A DNA stretch of 64,000 nucleotides from NCBI GenBank assembly GCA_028534125.1, contig CM052817.1, positions 43,030,001 to 43,094,000 on the forward strand, read 5' to 3'. Under the pieces are notes generated by a model. It saw only the letters and a program-made list of their open reading frames with translations, had not been told where the DNA came from and did no database searches. Made by a program: the position numbers and the translations under genes. Source of the stretch: Lama glama. Taxonomy: Eukaryota. Below are positions 25,515 through 38,292 of this stretch, in pieces (position 1 is the first letter of the stretch; every line of letters starts with the position of its first letter).

Positions 25515-28500
25515 TATTTTGCTCCTTTGAACCGTTTATTAAAAAGAAACAAAGCCCTTATTTTTCCACATAATTTTAGATAAATGTTACTCCTTCTGAA
25601 AAAAAAAGTTCATTCACAGCAAATAAACTGAATCTTGCCACAAGTCACCAAGCTTCAACTCCAGTTTGTGAAATAATACATAACATAATACTGCAATCTT
25701 GATACCAAATGCAGTAAATAGGTTTTCTCTTTAATATACCAAAGCCTCCTTTCTGATATAATCAAGGATTGCAATACATTGCTTAATCAAACAGTTTTCA
25801 AGTTAAATATGTTACCAGTTTCAAAATAGTGTAAAAAAATAAATTACGTATAATGTAAACACTATGCCAAACATTCAAAAACTACTTCAAAGTCTTACGT
25901 TTTTGCCCTACCTTCATCATTGTACGTATCAGTAATTATAGTGCCTGAGCAAGTTGTGCTGTTGTTTTTGCTGAACAAATACTGAGTCGAAATGTGTTTC
26001 CGTCCTTAAACCCAAGACTGAGCTCCTTAGAGATCTAATCCACTTCATTTTTCTGTTCTGTTAGCTAGTACATAATAGGTGCTTAATGTTTGTGGTACAA
26101 AAGGAAGAACTGACTAGAAGTTTACAACCAAAACTTTCAATAAGAAGACAAATAATGAGACTCCAGAAGTCAACGATTATAAAGAATATGCAATCCATTT
26201 GGGATTTATTGCATTTAAAGGAAGCAGACTATTAAAAACAGTAGGTATGATAAATACAGTAAGAAAATAACTTTAAATTTCAAACAAAACAAAGTGAATG
26301 AGGGACAGAATTCAGTCAATAAGAATAAGCAATGTAAAGGCAACATACTAGTAAAATCAGTTAGTGCTTAATTAGATACAGGACAAAAAAAACCAAAAAC
26401 TTGTTCTATGTCATAACAGTTTCCTAACAGCTATATCTGAGGATTGAAATTAGCTTTAGAAAGTATGTTTTTAACAATTAGAAATATAATAAAGATGTAA
26501 ATCAGGTTTATTAAAAGTTAAAGTTCTTTGCTTAGTGGTACATAAAAGGCTTCAGAAAATTCAAGTTTAACAAAAAATGGAAGTGTAATCAAAGAAAGTG
26601 CACTTAAAGCTGTTTGCCAGCAATTAAAAAGTAGCTTACTGTTACTAGACTGCTTACTATTCAACGACTTTTCAATCACAAAAAGAACGTAGTAATAAAA
26701 ACAATTCTCTTTCAAAAGGAGCACAATAAATTTTTAAATAAAAATAACCCCAAATGGTGGCCCTTTGCATTTTCATCTGCCTACCTTATTCTTTTAGTGG
26801 CTTTTGTCAACCCTCACTAGGAGTGAATGTTCTTTTAGTAATGATTGTGGTTGCAATTCCATTTAAAATTTAAAAATTCACATTAATTCCACGGTAGAGA
26901 GATGTGCTGTGTGCATGCATGCGTGTTTATACATTTATCTTAATATATAAACACCACTGTGTATAAGTTTTCAAATAAACTATCACGTTATTCTCACAGT
27001 AGATATGTCATCTCATTCTCACAGTAGATCTATCAGCTCGATATTGGACCTAAAATGATAAGTAATTGTGCTAAAAAAAAAAGACAAAGGACAAGAAAAA
27101 GCTTACTGCACATTCTACATAAAAACAAATGTACCCCAAATCCTCAGACCCAGTGATATTAATACACATGTACCTTCTAGCAATGCTGACATGAAGTACC
27201 AAATCGTAAAATAAACCAAGCAGAGAAGAAGCTGAAGAGCGGGGAAACGACTCCTGCTGCTCGCCAGCCTGGAGGCGTGGGCTCCACCTCAGTATTTCCC
27301 ACCAGCAAGACGAGGACAAAACAGTCTGTCACTGTCAGGCAATAATCAGGGTAGGATCAAAAGCTGTGTCTATCTACAGTTCCAAATAATGTCATAACTG
27401 TGCCCGGGGACACACACACACAGGGAGGGGTGAGGTGTGTCAGTGGAAGAATTACACTCTTTCCCAATGGATACTTCTCAATAAATATTCTAGTTAGTTA
27501 AACCTTCATCCAGCCTGTCACCTTTCCTCCTCCACCTAATATACATACCAAGCAACTTTTGTGTGTTAGCACATACATTCCTCAATGCCATAGAAGCTGA
27601 TCTTTTTAACACTAACATTTTGCTGAAGTGATAATATTAAAATAATTAAGCAAGTGGTCCACTTTTTAAAAGATGATTTAAAAACCAACAGGCATTCTTA
27701 AAGCTGTTAGGACAGAAATAACTTTGGCCTCAGACTTTTGCTAGCTTCATAATACTTTACTTCCCTTAGTGATGTTCAAGTATTGCAGGTTTAGAGTTAT
27801 GACTACTTTACATGCTAAAGAAGCTCAGAGGACACCTGATTAATAGAAACATAATTTCTTTTCAACTTTCCTTCCTTGAATAAGAATTGGACCACCCCAA
27901 AATAGAGCCAAACCTTTACTGAGGGCTGTGTGCGAGTACATGTTAAGCTCCTTCATATATGACTTGGGAGCTTTGTTCTCATAATTCTCATAAGGGAATT
28001 ACCTGGGCATCAGCTGTGTGGAGTGACCTCCATCCTAACAGAAGTAGGAGAGAACATGATGGGGAATGAAAAGCAACCCTAATTCTCTACTCCTTGGGAA
28101 ATGCCTCTACTTCAATAGAAAGGAATCTCCCCATTTCTATCCCATTGGGTCCCCTAGTAAGTTCTAAATGTTTTCTCTGAGCTATAATCTCAAAAGGAAA
28201 GTCACTGGGGTGTGATATAATAAACTTAAGAATGTAAATATTTTAAACTATGTCAGAGTGTTTCCTTAGAATTATCCAGCATTATAAGCCAAAGTGTCTA
28301 TCAGTGTCTACATCATTTAAAATTATTCAGTGTATTAAGAAACAAGTGTAAGCAAGGCCTTGGTATCAGATGGACTCTAGGTGTTTCGTGTTTACATCCC
28401 AAAGAGACCCCTTCTAAATTATGAAACTCATGAGGTCTAGCAGAGACCAAGGCTAAGTAAAATAGCCAAAGAAGCATACTGGGTATACATTAACCAACGG

Positions 28501-30486
28501 ATTTTTGCTTTTAAAAAATTGTTTGATACAAACCTACTGTAGTTCATGAATTTACTATGTGTAATCATCAACTTCACTTTTAAAAGAAAGTTATCACTTG
28601 AATCTACTTTGTAAAGTTTTAAAGAAGATCTACTTGAGCATTTGCATTAGCAGGATTAATCAACCTGAGAATCAGAAAAAAAAAAAAGGTGCAAACATAA
28701 TATTTGCCTTTGGCACAAGGACAAGTAACTGGTGCAGTCGGGCTCGAAAAGTACAACTTTACGCAGTAATGACATGCCTGGTCTGCCTCTGCTACGCTGT
28801 GATTCACATATTGCTTCCCCGTTTGTCTACAAATGTCTATCTGATTTAAAACATAAAAGAGAAAAGAGAAGTGATAAAAAAAAAAAGATACGGTTTAGTT
28901 ACATATACTTTGCTGCTTTCCAAGTGTAGATCTGTGGAAACAGGCAAATAGCTCATCCCAATTGGGGCATTATAATTAAGAGAGTCTAATAAGGTTACGC
29001 ATAAAATACATTTTAATTGGGCTCAAAGAGAGTTAATTTAAAATAGAGCAATCAAAGAGAATGCCAGTTGATAATAGTTTCCACTCCTTTTTGTAAATAG
29101 CTTTAAGGGTTCTAGTAACTTCTAAATGTTAATTTGATAAGGAAGGACAGTAAATTATAACTTAAAATGGAGACACAGGAAGCACAGATACCATATTCAC
29201 ATTAATTCATATATGTCATTTCTATCTTATTAAACAATTTCTATAAAATCTCAAGTTTCTAATTAGGATTTGTGATGTAAAAAGAAAGGCAATTTGGTAG
29301 CTGGGTTCTTTTCGCTAAAGACAATCAACTAACTAGCAGAGTTCAGATGCTAGTCGCTCATCACCTGCCACCTACAGCCACTCTGAGATCTTGTGTTAGT
29401 GCAGAGGTACTTGCAGCAGGATGTGCGAGTCCCGCCAATAAGGCTTTGTGGGTTCCACTGTTCTGTGCACTTTATTAAAACTACTCTACCCTCCAGACCG
29501 AACTAAAAAATTGCTGCTCATGACTTGGGGACTAGTTGGTGAAGGTGGTAATTTAATAAAGTACATTAGTAAATGCAACATGATTTTACACTGTAAACGT
29601 CTCACAAACTCAGGGTTTCAGCTACATATTTTTTCCTAAAAGAAAATTTCTATATAACCCTTGTCCTCACTCCCAGTTTTTCCAATATTCTGCTTTCTTA
29701 GACATGATAAAGTTTTGAGCAAGAAGCCATTATTCAAAACACAGAACACAAAGTGTTCCTTAAGTACTGAGTGTTTTTTTCTTTTATGTTTTTCCACAGG
29801 TCAGATATTTCTGTTTATTTTCTAGGCTTCCACATAGATATTCCGTATTAATGGCACTTTTTTTTTTTTTAATGAAACAGTTTTAGGCACAACAGTCAGT
29901 GACTTCTGGCTCTGCTTTGTAGAGAAAGGTGTAAGGACTGCATTCTCCAGATTATAATTTTCTCATTCTTCATGAGAACTTGATTTTTGTTTTGCGTCTT
30001 TTACCATGTGGCAATTAGAAGAGACCTTAAAAAAAAAAAAGTCCACAAATGCAGCTTGTGTATGTACAAATTACCTTGGTTTTAAATGCTGGATTCTGGA
30101 ATGAGCCTGGGACATGCACACAAATGTGACACTCAGTTAGAAAAAGAATGTCACAGCCGTCCAGTCCCAGCCTTTCAGGGGCTGCCCGACTGGAAAGGGG
30201 CCATGCTTTCCCCGGATTTGCGTGCTGTCCCGTCAGTAGCTGAAACCCTGGGTTAGGCTTTGCCATTTCGCTCCCTTTGCTCCTGCGTGGGAGGGACATG
30301 GAGTCGCGACCCTGTGCAGACCCTTCCTTTTTCTATTTGGTTTATTTAAAAATCACCTATTCTGATTGATCTATAAGAATGGATGGTATAAAGAGCTATA
30401 CAAATAAATTTTCTTTCAAATTCATAAAACTATGCCTACTCTTTTTTTGGAAACAGGAGTTAATACCAAGAGTCTGTCGGAAGTCT
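25515..30486 (-). other. BMP2K: BMP2K long-isoform 3' UTR, candidate poly(A) signals AATAAA(-) at 25535-25540, 26205-26210, 26507-26512
   Basis: Repeat-poor AT-rich sequence downstream of the stop at 30487, with TTTATT hexamers on the + strand. The true end is not determinable from sequence alone. Confidence 0.5.
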
Positions 30487-31871
30487 CTACTGTTTAGAAG
30501 GAAACGGAGCAGCACCGAACGGGTCCAGTTCAACTGGCTGGGGCTGTTGGGACTGATGTGGAGGGATGCTCTGCACCACGAGTTCTGTGAAGGGCACGGC
30601 CCCAAAATCATCCATTTTCAATGCCTCGGCCCCGTGGAAGGCCCCATGCAGTGAATTTGGCCTGGGCCGCCCGGGCAGGACGGGGTTGTCGCTCCGGCCC
30701 TGGTGAGGGGGGTGCCATGGCAGGTCTGGGGGGTGGAAGGGCTTGGCCCCGAAGGGGTCCAGCAGACTCTCCTCGGGCTGCAGGCCGTGCCCTCTGTCCT
30801 TGCCATCCGTCAGAGCGACGCTGATGTTCTCCTTGGAGTCCGAGATGGTCAGGAACTCGTTGCTGCTCTGGGAGTCCCGGCGGCCCACCCGGCGGTGCCG
30901 GCGGGCCCTCTCCGGGGTGCGGTAGGCGGGCTTGGCCGTCTTCTTGGCGCCCGTCGGGGTGCCGTGATGCCGCTTCCCGTTGCTCTTGGCCACCTCCGGC
31001 TTCGTGCGCCTCTGGCGGGAGGACAGTTTCTGTAAACTCCGCTGTTTGACTTTTGGCTGCTGACTCCCAGTTATTTCCTCAAAGGGCACCAGCCCAAAAA
31101 GGTCCTCGTGGCTGTCGCTTCTGCTCGTGGCCGTGGAGAAGGGCTGGAATGGAGTCGACCCAAAGATATCGACACTCTGGGGACAGGCGGGGACGGTCAC
31201 CTTCCTGCTGAAAGGCGCCTTGGTGAAGACATCAAACTCCTCCGGCTCGAGTCCCCCTGCAGGAAGCCGGGGCCCAGGGGAGAGGTCCTTCCCCTGGCCG
31301 CCCTGTGGGGGCTGTTGCGCACGCGCTGCAAAGAAGGGGACAGCGCCAAATACATCAAACTCGGGCTTGGGAGCCTCGGCTCTAGCATCCGAGGGGAACT
31401 GGGCTGGCGCGAGGAGTGTTACACCAGAATCTGGGAGCGGGCCGCTGCCAGACCCGTCTCTGTAGCGGGGGCTCAAGTCGCTGTACTTGGCTTTGGCCTG
31501 CTCATAATCAGAATCCGAGCTGTGCTTCTCTTCCTCCTCCTCATCTTCTGAATCCATGAGGAGAGGCCTGTGACCCAGATTTTCCGGTTCAGTATCATCA
31601 TCGTTAAAATCTCCTTGTTCTCCCTGGAGAACTTCTTCATCATCTTGCTCCTCCTCTTCACTGCTCTTAGGAGAAGGGGGGTCTGATTCAAAATCACTTT
31701 CAGATTCATCATTCGCCTTTGGCACCTGACCGTGTACTGACAAATTATCTGAGGTTTTCTTTCCAGTCCGGTGGTCTTTAGGTACTGGGCTTGCTTTTCT
31801 ATTCTTGATGGCGTTTGCAGTGCTGTTTTCCTGATTCCTGGATATATGTTCAATTTTCTTTTCAGGAGAAC
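30487..31871 (-). CDS. BMP2K: BMP2K last coding exon (long isoform C-terminal tail)
   Basis: Acceptor gactcttcag|GT TCT CCT GAA AAG AAA. Encodes GSPEKK...DESESDFESDPPSPKSSEEEEQDDEE...ELDPFGAAPFPSKQ*, the recognisable BMP2K C-terminus; 1385 nt, phase 1. Confidence 0.96.
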
Positions 31872-32959
31872 CTGAAGAGTCAAAGCAAAATGATTATATC
31901 ATTCCAGTGCATTTCAAAAACCATTTGCCAGTAAACAGTATGTACTGACACAGAGCATTACAGAGCACGCATAGCAGTTCCCTTGGAGGAAGACATATTG
32001 GTAGCTCTTTGTCCTTAGGCTTAGGGACTGCACTTGGCCACAAGTCGATGAACAGGTCCTTCAGAGAAGACAGACTTACTTGTCTCTGTACCCCACACAT
32101 CACCTACTCATAAGAGACCCTCACTGACAGCTGTCTGATTTATAGCGTCCAGAACAGGACTCTGAATATAATACACAAGCAAGTTTTCTCCCCCATTTCA
32201 AAATAAGATTATCCAGCCAAATGCCCTGCTCAGATTCCATGCTTACCTAATAATCTTCTCTTTGTATTTCAACTCTGTTATAAAGTTTTCCTACAGAGAT
32301 CAACAAGCATGAATAGCTTATCTGCTTAGCTATATGTTTCACTGTAATTTTTAAAATTGGCATTTGGGTTTTTGTTTTTGTTTTTTTGTAAACAAGTGTC
32401 TTATGAGTTGGGTTAGCATGAGTGTATCCCCAGAGCCTGATCAAAGCTAAGGACCAGGTCCTGAACTGAGGCCATACCAAGGACATCTGCCTTCCCCAGA
32501 TGACACCTCTTCCCTTAACCATCACACACTACTATATGTTACATTAAAAGCACACTCCTCTTAAAAAAACAAAACAAAAATAAAACCCTCAACTGTCGGT
32601 ATGTTGACTGTATGATAGGTAATAAAATTCCATCAAACAAATACAATGCTTTGCAATTTCATTTTTGGGTATGTAGATAGCATATTTACATGAAAATATA
32701 ATGCTCTCTCAATACATTGGTGTATTACATCGATTTTCCAGAGGTAGGGAACAATCTGAATTGATCCAACCACATATCCATTCATCCCTTCTCCTCCTGT
32801 AAGATCAGATATTTTCAAAACACTTAGCTAGGATTGGAAGTACAGTCTTTAGTCATGGAAACTAATTAGCTTATGATGGAAGGACCATTGCTTTCCCATG
32901 ATTAACACAGTGGTCCCTATGGCATAGGGCACCTCTGAGTGATTTCCTTCCCTTTCAAA

Positions 32960-34190
32960 GTCAGCACCGTTGTCCTCTCACCTCTGACCATTCCCTCTTG
33001 GTCATATTTGTAGAGACTTCTCTTTCACTAACATTTTAAACATGTGTGTTCCCCAGGGTTCTGTCCTTGGCTGTTTCTCTCTCTCTGCGTGCCCCTCCCT
33101 GGGTCCTAACCACTTGTGTGTTAATTGCCATTTACACCGTAATGACTGGATCTCTAATATATAACCTTAAATACTCATCTGCCCTATTCATCTAATACTT
33201 ATCATGAATATGTATATCCTACCATTACTTCCAGCTCAGTGATTTCAAAAGAGATCTTTCCTCCTAAAATGTGCTCCCCACCAGTTCCCTCTAAATTCGT
33301 GAACACTTTCATCTACCAAGTTATGGAAACTAGCAGAAATCTGGAAATCATCTTCCCTCTTCCTACCAAACAGTTAAGTATTTTTAGTCTCTGGAAGCCG
33401 TTCCCTCCTGTCCCTCTGCTGGCTGTCGATTTCATTCCCTCCTTATCCTCATCTAGCAGCTCTTCAGCTGCTGAACTCAGCTGTCTGCCTCCAGTCCCAT
33501 GTCCCGCAAACCGCCCCTCTATGCTGCCACCAGAATGACTTCTGAAACACTCATCACATGGCTACTGCTGAAAACCTTTCAGCGTCTCTCTGAAGTCCCA
33601 ACCCTCAGCCCAGCCCGGGGGCCCTTCTATGGATTCTGTCCTGCAACATCCTTGGCCTCAAACTCTGCTGTCTCCCCCAGGTATTTGTCATTATAGCCAC
33701 ACCTGAACTCTCCCTGCTCAAACTCAGGCACGGCACTGATTTGGATAAAGGTTTTTTTTTTTTTTTTTTTGAGCTCTCTTGCTATCTAAGCCCTTAAGGT
33801 TTGCTATCAGAAACAGGAAACTAATCAATTCAGGCAGCAAGGAGCACTTCGCTGTTTTAACCTCTCGCTGCCGTTGTAACACGGGACCGCAGTCCGCAGT
33901 CCTTCCAGCACTCCCACTCCCACTGACTTGCCAAGTGTGCTCGGCTGTATTTCAAGACCCAGCCCATGTCACAGCCCTTCGGAGGCACCCCTCAAAAACT
34001 ACCCATATATGGTGCCCCTGATGAACCTGGTACAAGCCTTAACTGTAGCTTCACCGTATGACAATTATTTGCTTACTTGTCTGTTTTCCCTACTCGATTA
34101 TGAGCTCGAGACACAGGCCTATTTATCATTTACCTCGTGTATCAATCATTTCTACCCTCGCACTGTGCTCAATCTTTGTTGAATAAAACA
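32960..34190 (+). mobile_element. L2 LINE fragments (sense), ending in an L2-type 3' tail
   Basis: Pyrimidine-rich L2-like sequence (gttccccagggttctgtccttgg...) ending tgctcaatctttgttgaataaa. Confidence 0.55.
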
Positions 34191-34339
34191 GTGACTACTC
34201 TGAGCGCCCAGCTGTGGCTACACACACACCAGTACATTCAGAACACAATCAAGTTACATAGAAAAAGAAACCCTTTACATCTGGAGACGTCTTCAGCTCA
34301 GAATTCAGCCACTCACATTTTCTCGATTCAACAGAACAT

Positions 34340-35580
34340 TTCTCAGGGCACTTTTCTACATGCTGTCCCCTGGGCATACGTTGGTGAATAAAATAAACAT
34401 GGTCTCTGCCTTCAGCAGTTCAGAGAGCCTGAGTAAACGTAAGCTGTGACTGGCGCTCTGAGGTAACAGAGCAGAGGTGCAAGTCGCGGGGCAGCGGGCA
34501 GGGGTGCGTGACACCGCTCTGGACGGTCAGCCGAGGCCTCCCTGAGGCGGCGAGAGTCTGGGCAGCTACATGAGAAGGAGCTGGCCGTGCAAAGGACAGA
34601 CAGACGGCTGCTCCAAGTGGAAGCCACGGCATGTGTGAGGACCAAGTCAAGAAAGAGGCTGGCATGCTTGAGGGACTGAAAGTAGGCCCGTGTGCTTAGA
34701 GCACAGGGAGCAAGGGGAACACTGGACCAGATGAGGCAGGAAAGGGAGGGGTAACCAGCAGATGGTGAAGGTCTCGTTAAGGCCATGATAAGAAGTTTGG
34801 ATTTCGTTCTAAATTCAGTGTGCAGTGTGGAGCTGGGGCAAGGCTTTATTCAAAATGTTATGACTACTTAAATTGTCATGATCAAATTTACATTTCAAAA
34901 AGATAACTGACTGCTATGTAGGAAAATACGAGGAGGCTGCAAAAGTGGGGAGATCAGGGAAGAGGAAATTGTAGTAACTCAAGTTAAAATTGTGGTGGTC
35001 TGGACGACGCTGCAGCAGGGAAAACAGAAGTGGCAGAATTAGAGATTGGAGAGGAAAACTGGATGGATGTACTGCCATTAACACGTAAAGACAGTAAAGG
35101 GTGAGTAAAGAATATGTTGGGAAGTAAAGGAGATTATCAAGAATTCGGTTTTGGACACAAAGTTTGAGGCATCCGTGAGACATTTAAGCGCAAGCATCTG
35201 TGTCTTGAGCACAATGGCTAGATCTTGGCTGGAGAAAACAGATTTGGGGGTCACCAGTATGCAGAGGGTATGTCGAGAGAGGCACAAGTCTGAAGGAAAT
35301 CCCTGAGAAGGAGAGGACAGAAGAGGAAAAGGTGATCCAATGCTGAGCCCCGGGTGTAAAACATTTAGAAATCAGCAGAGGAACCTGAACAGCAAACAAG
35401 AAAGTGCCAGGGGAGGGAGCAGACCACTGAGCTGGGTGATGCAGAGAAGTCAGCAAACTATGGACAGACAATGGCCACTGGCTCTCCTCGGTTGTGCAGG
35501 TTGCTTGCAACCTTGAAGTGGGGAGTGGGAAGGAAATCCAGTGGGGCTGAGGAGGGACAGGGAGAGAAGACATGGAGAAT
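34340..35580 (-). mobile_element. L2 LINE fragment (antisense)
   Basis: Typical antisense L2 text: aggccatgataagaagtttggattt, gttttggacacaaagtttgaggcatccgtgagacatt, gatttgggggtcaccagtat. Confidence 0.7.
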
Positions 35581-38020
35581 TCCATCAGCTTATACTTGAA
35601 TACAAATACGATCTTCAGCCATTATTTTATCTGCCAGTTCCTTGAAACCAGCCAAGAGCTACATACTGTATCTTTACATATAATGAGCTTATCTTAAATC
35701 CTAACAGATTAGAACCAAATCACACGCAGATTCCCATTTGACTTCTCCATAGAGCGTACTGCTGATATTAAAAACAAAGATTGCTTTCAGTTTAGCCGTT
35801 GCATTTATTTTCATGAATTTGTGTTCAAAAGCAAAAACGGTAATGGCAAAGACTGGCACCCATCCCTCACATCGGGACAGTCCCTCTAAAATATATTTTA
35901 ACTTACTATGTCCTCAAGCTACTCCCCTACCCACAGAGAGCTACAACATGCTCCCTCGTGCCTGCTCATGGACACCTCCAAGAACATTCCCATATGCCTC
36001 CTAAAGTTTCTTCTGCAGAACACTATTCCAAGAACCAAACAGTCTTGTGGTCTCAGGCCGCTGAGTTTATGAAATGCTGCACTTTATAATGTGCCTCCCC
36101 CCTTACCTGGAAGATGCTCATCGTATTATAGGTGCTGACACAAAAAGGTACACAGAAGAATCTGATTTTATAAAACCTAGGATTTCCCAAATTTGTTCAC
36201 TACACTTTTATTTACATGTAATGCCTATGAACCTTTATAAACAATGTTGCAAAAAGCACTTGGGAAAAATGCTACTCTACAATTTCCCTGGAACAAACTC
36301 CATTTCTAGTGCACACAGTTCTGTTCCTGGAAGTTTTCTGGAACATTAAAAATGGGACAAAGTCCTTCAATTGACCTTCTTTTTGTATTCTTACTTTAAG
36401 CCCAGTCTTCTAAAGCAATCGTTTCCTTTACCCAGCTGCCCAACTCTGCTCTCCAAAGCACAGTTCTCACTTTCTACTTTCTACTCTGTCTGCCCTTTGT
36501 CAGCTTCTCAAAGTTGTATTGCTAACAGATATGTCTGTCTTTGTTGTAAAGTGCTATGCGGATCTACTTTTTAAATGGTGAGTGTGGATATAAATTTGTG
36601 GGGTTTTTTCACTTACCATTTTTAATGCACCTTTACAGGTATCAGTATAGTCCACTATCAATTCTGGCATAAACATGAAGAAACACTGTATGTATACTGT
36701 TTAACTATTTACCTATAGACCCTCTAGGTTGTTTCTAGCTTTTCAGCATTTTAAACGGAACCATGATCATGGACTTCTTCTCTGAGAGAAAAAAAACCAC
36801 CACCAAATATCCCTCTTTGTTAATAATAATTTCAGTTTATCTATTTATTGTTATTCTCTCCCTATGAACAATTAATACTCAGCTAACAAAGTTAACCCAG
36901 TAACAATCTCTGATAAGATCACAGCTAAATCCTCTACTCTGCTCCCTCATACATGAGGAATATGTATACTGTTATGAGAGAATAATGTAAGAACAGGGTC
37001 TATTTTGTAGGATTGTTGTAAAGAAAGGACTTAAAATAGTGCCTGACACATAATGAGCACTCCATAAAGTTCACTGTCATCATCTCCAGGGCAAGGCCCA
37101 ACTCAGTTATCTCAGCCATCCTTCTCCAATTTCCTATCAACTTTTCTGGACTTGATGGCTGAAGATAGATCTAAACGGGAGGGAAGAGGATGGAGAGGGC
37201 AGAGGAGGGTACACATCTATGGCTAATTCAAGAGTGGCTCAGGTCCACTGTAGAATTGCCCAAAAATAAGGAGGCAAACAAATGTATATTCACACACCAC
37301 TAGGGTGCAATCTGGATCCCAGAAACTGTATCTCTGATTTGTAAACAGCCAGAGTTGAGAGCACAGCAAAAGAAAGAATGCTTTCAAATAGAGCAAGAAG
37401 AGATACATGCAGCGATCTATCCCATCTTCATGGTTTCAGATACACCCTTGAAAAGTATGGGCAACTGGGGAAATTTCTGGTTGGTGTAGACGACTGGTTT
37501 TACTTCTTTGTTGTCACTCCTTCATAAAACTAAAATAAGGCGATCAAAAATACCTATCCAAATTCCTTTTTTCTCCCATATTCTCACAACCCATCCTGAC
37601 ACTGCTTAAATGTTTCTTTCTCCGTCCTTCCCCTCCTTTACAAAGCGGTGTAGGGTCCAGAGCAGCAGGAGACCTCTCCTCCAGCATACTGAGCGCAACT
37701 TAGACATGCAGCGGCACGAAGCACAATTTAAGTTCATGTGCTCATCTCTGCCGCACCGCCTGCTGGGGAAAAACTAAGTTCCAAAGCTACAAGTGACAAC
37801 AATCTGAGAACAGGTTTCACTTTCTGTAGACTCGGTGTAGTCTCATTGTCAAACTACAGAAAAACTGAGAAGGAAATAGGAATTACACCAAAATGAAAAT
37901 TCTTTCAACATATTCTAAGACTTTTAGTTCTGTCTCATAGGCACAAAAGACTGTCAAAATAAGTATTACAAATTATAAAGTTAGTTACCAAATGTACAAT
38001 GTATGTTGCTTTGAAATGTG

Positions 38021-38292
38021 ACTTCAGAAAACAAACCATGGTTACCAAAGGGGGAAGGGTGGGGAGGGATAAATTAGGGGTTGGGGATTGACATATATAC
38101 ATTACTGTATATAAAACAGGTTAACAACAAGGGCCTACTATATAGCACAGGGAACTATATTCAATTTCTTGTAATAACGTATAATGGAAAAGAATCTGGG
38201 GAGAAAAAAATATATATGCATATATATGTATAACTGAATCACTCTGCTATTCACTTGAAACTAACACTGTAAATCAACTACACTTCAATAAA
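38021..38292 (+). mobile_element. LINE-1 3' end
   Basis: catggttaccaaaggggg...tatagcacagggaactatattcaat...aactgaatcactctgct...aatcaactacacttcaataaa. Confidence 0.85.

Noticed and set aside
30618..31551. Several antisense and alternative-frame ORFs of 60-147 aa
   Set aside because: Shadows of the GC-rich BMP2K last exon, with no recognisable protein.
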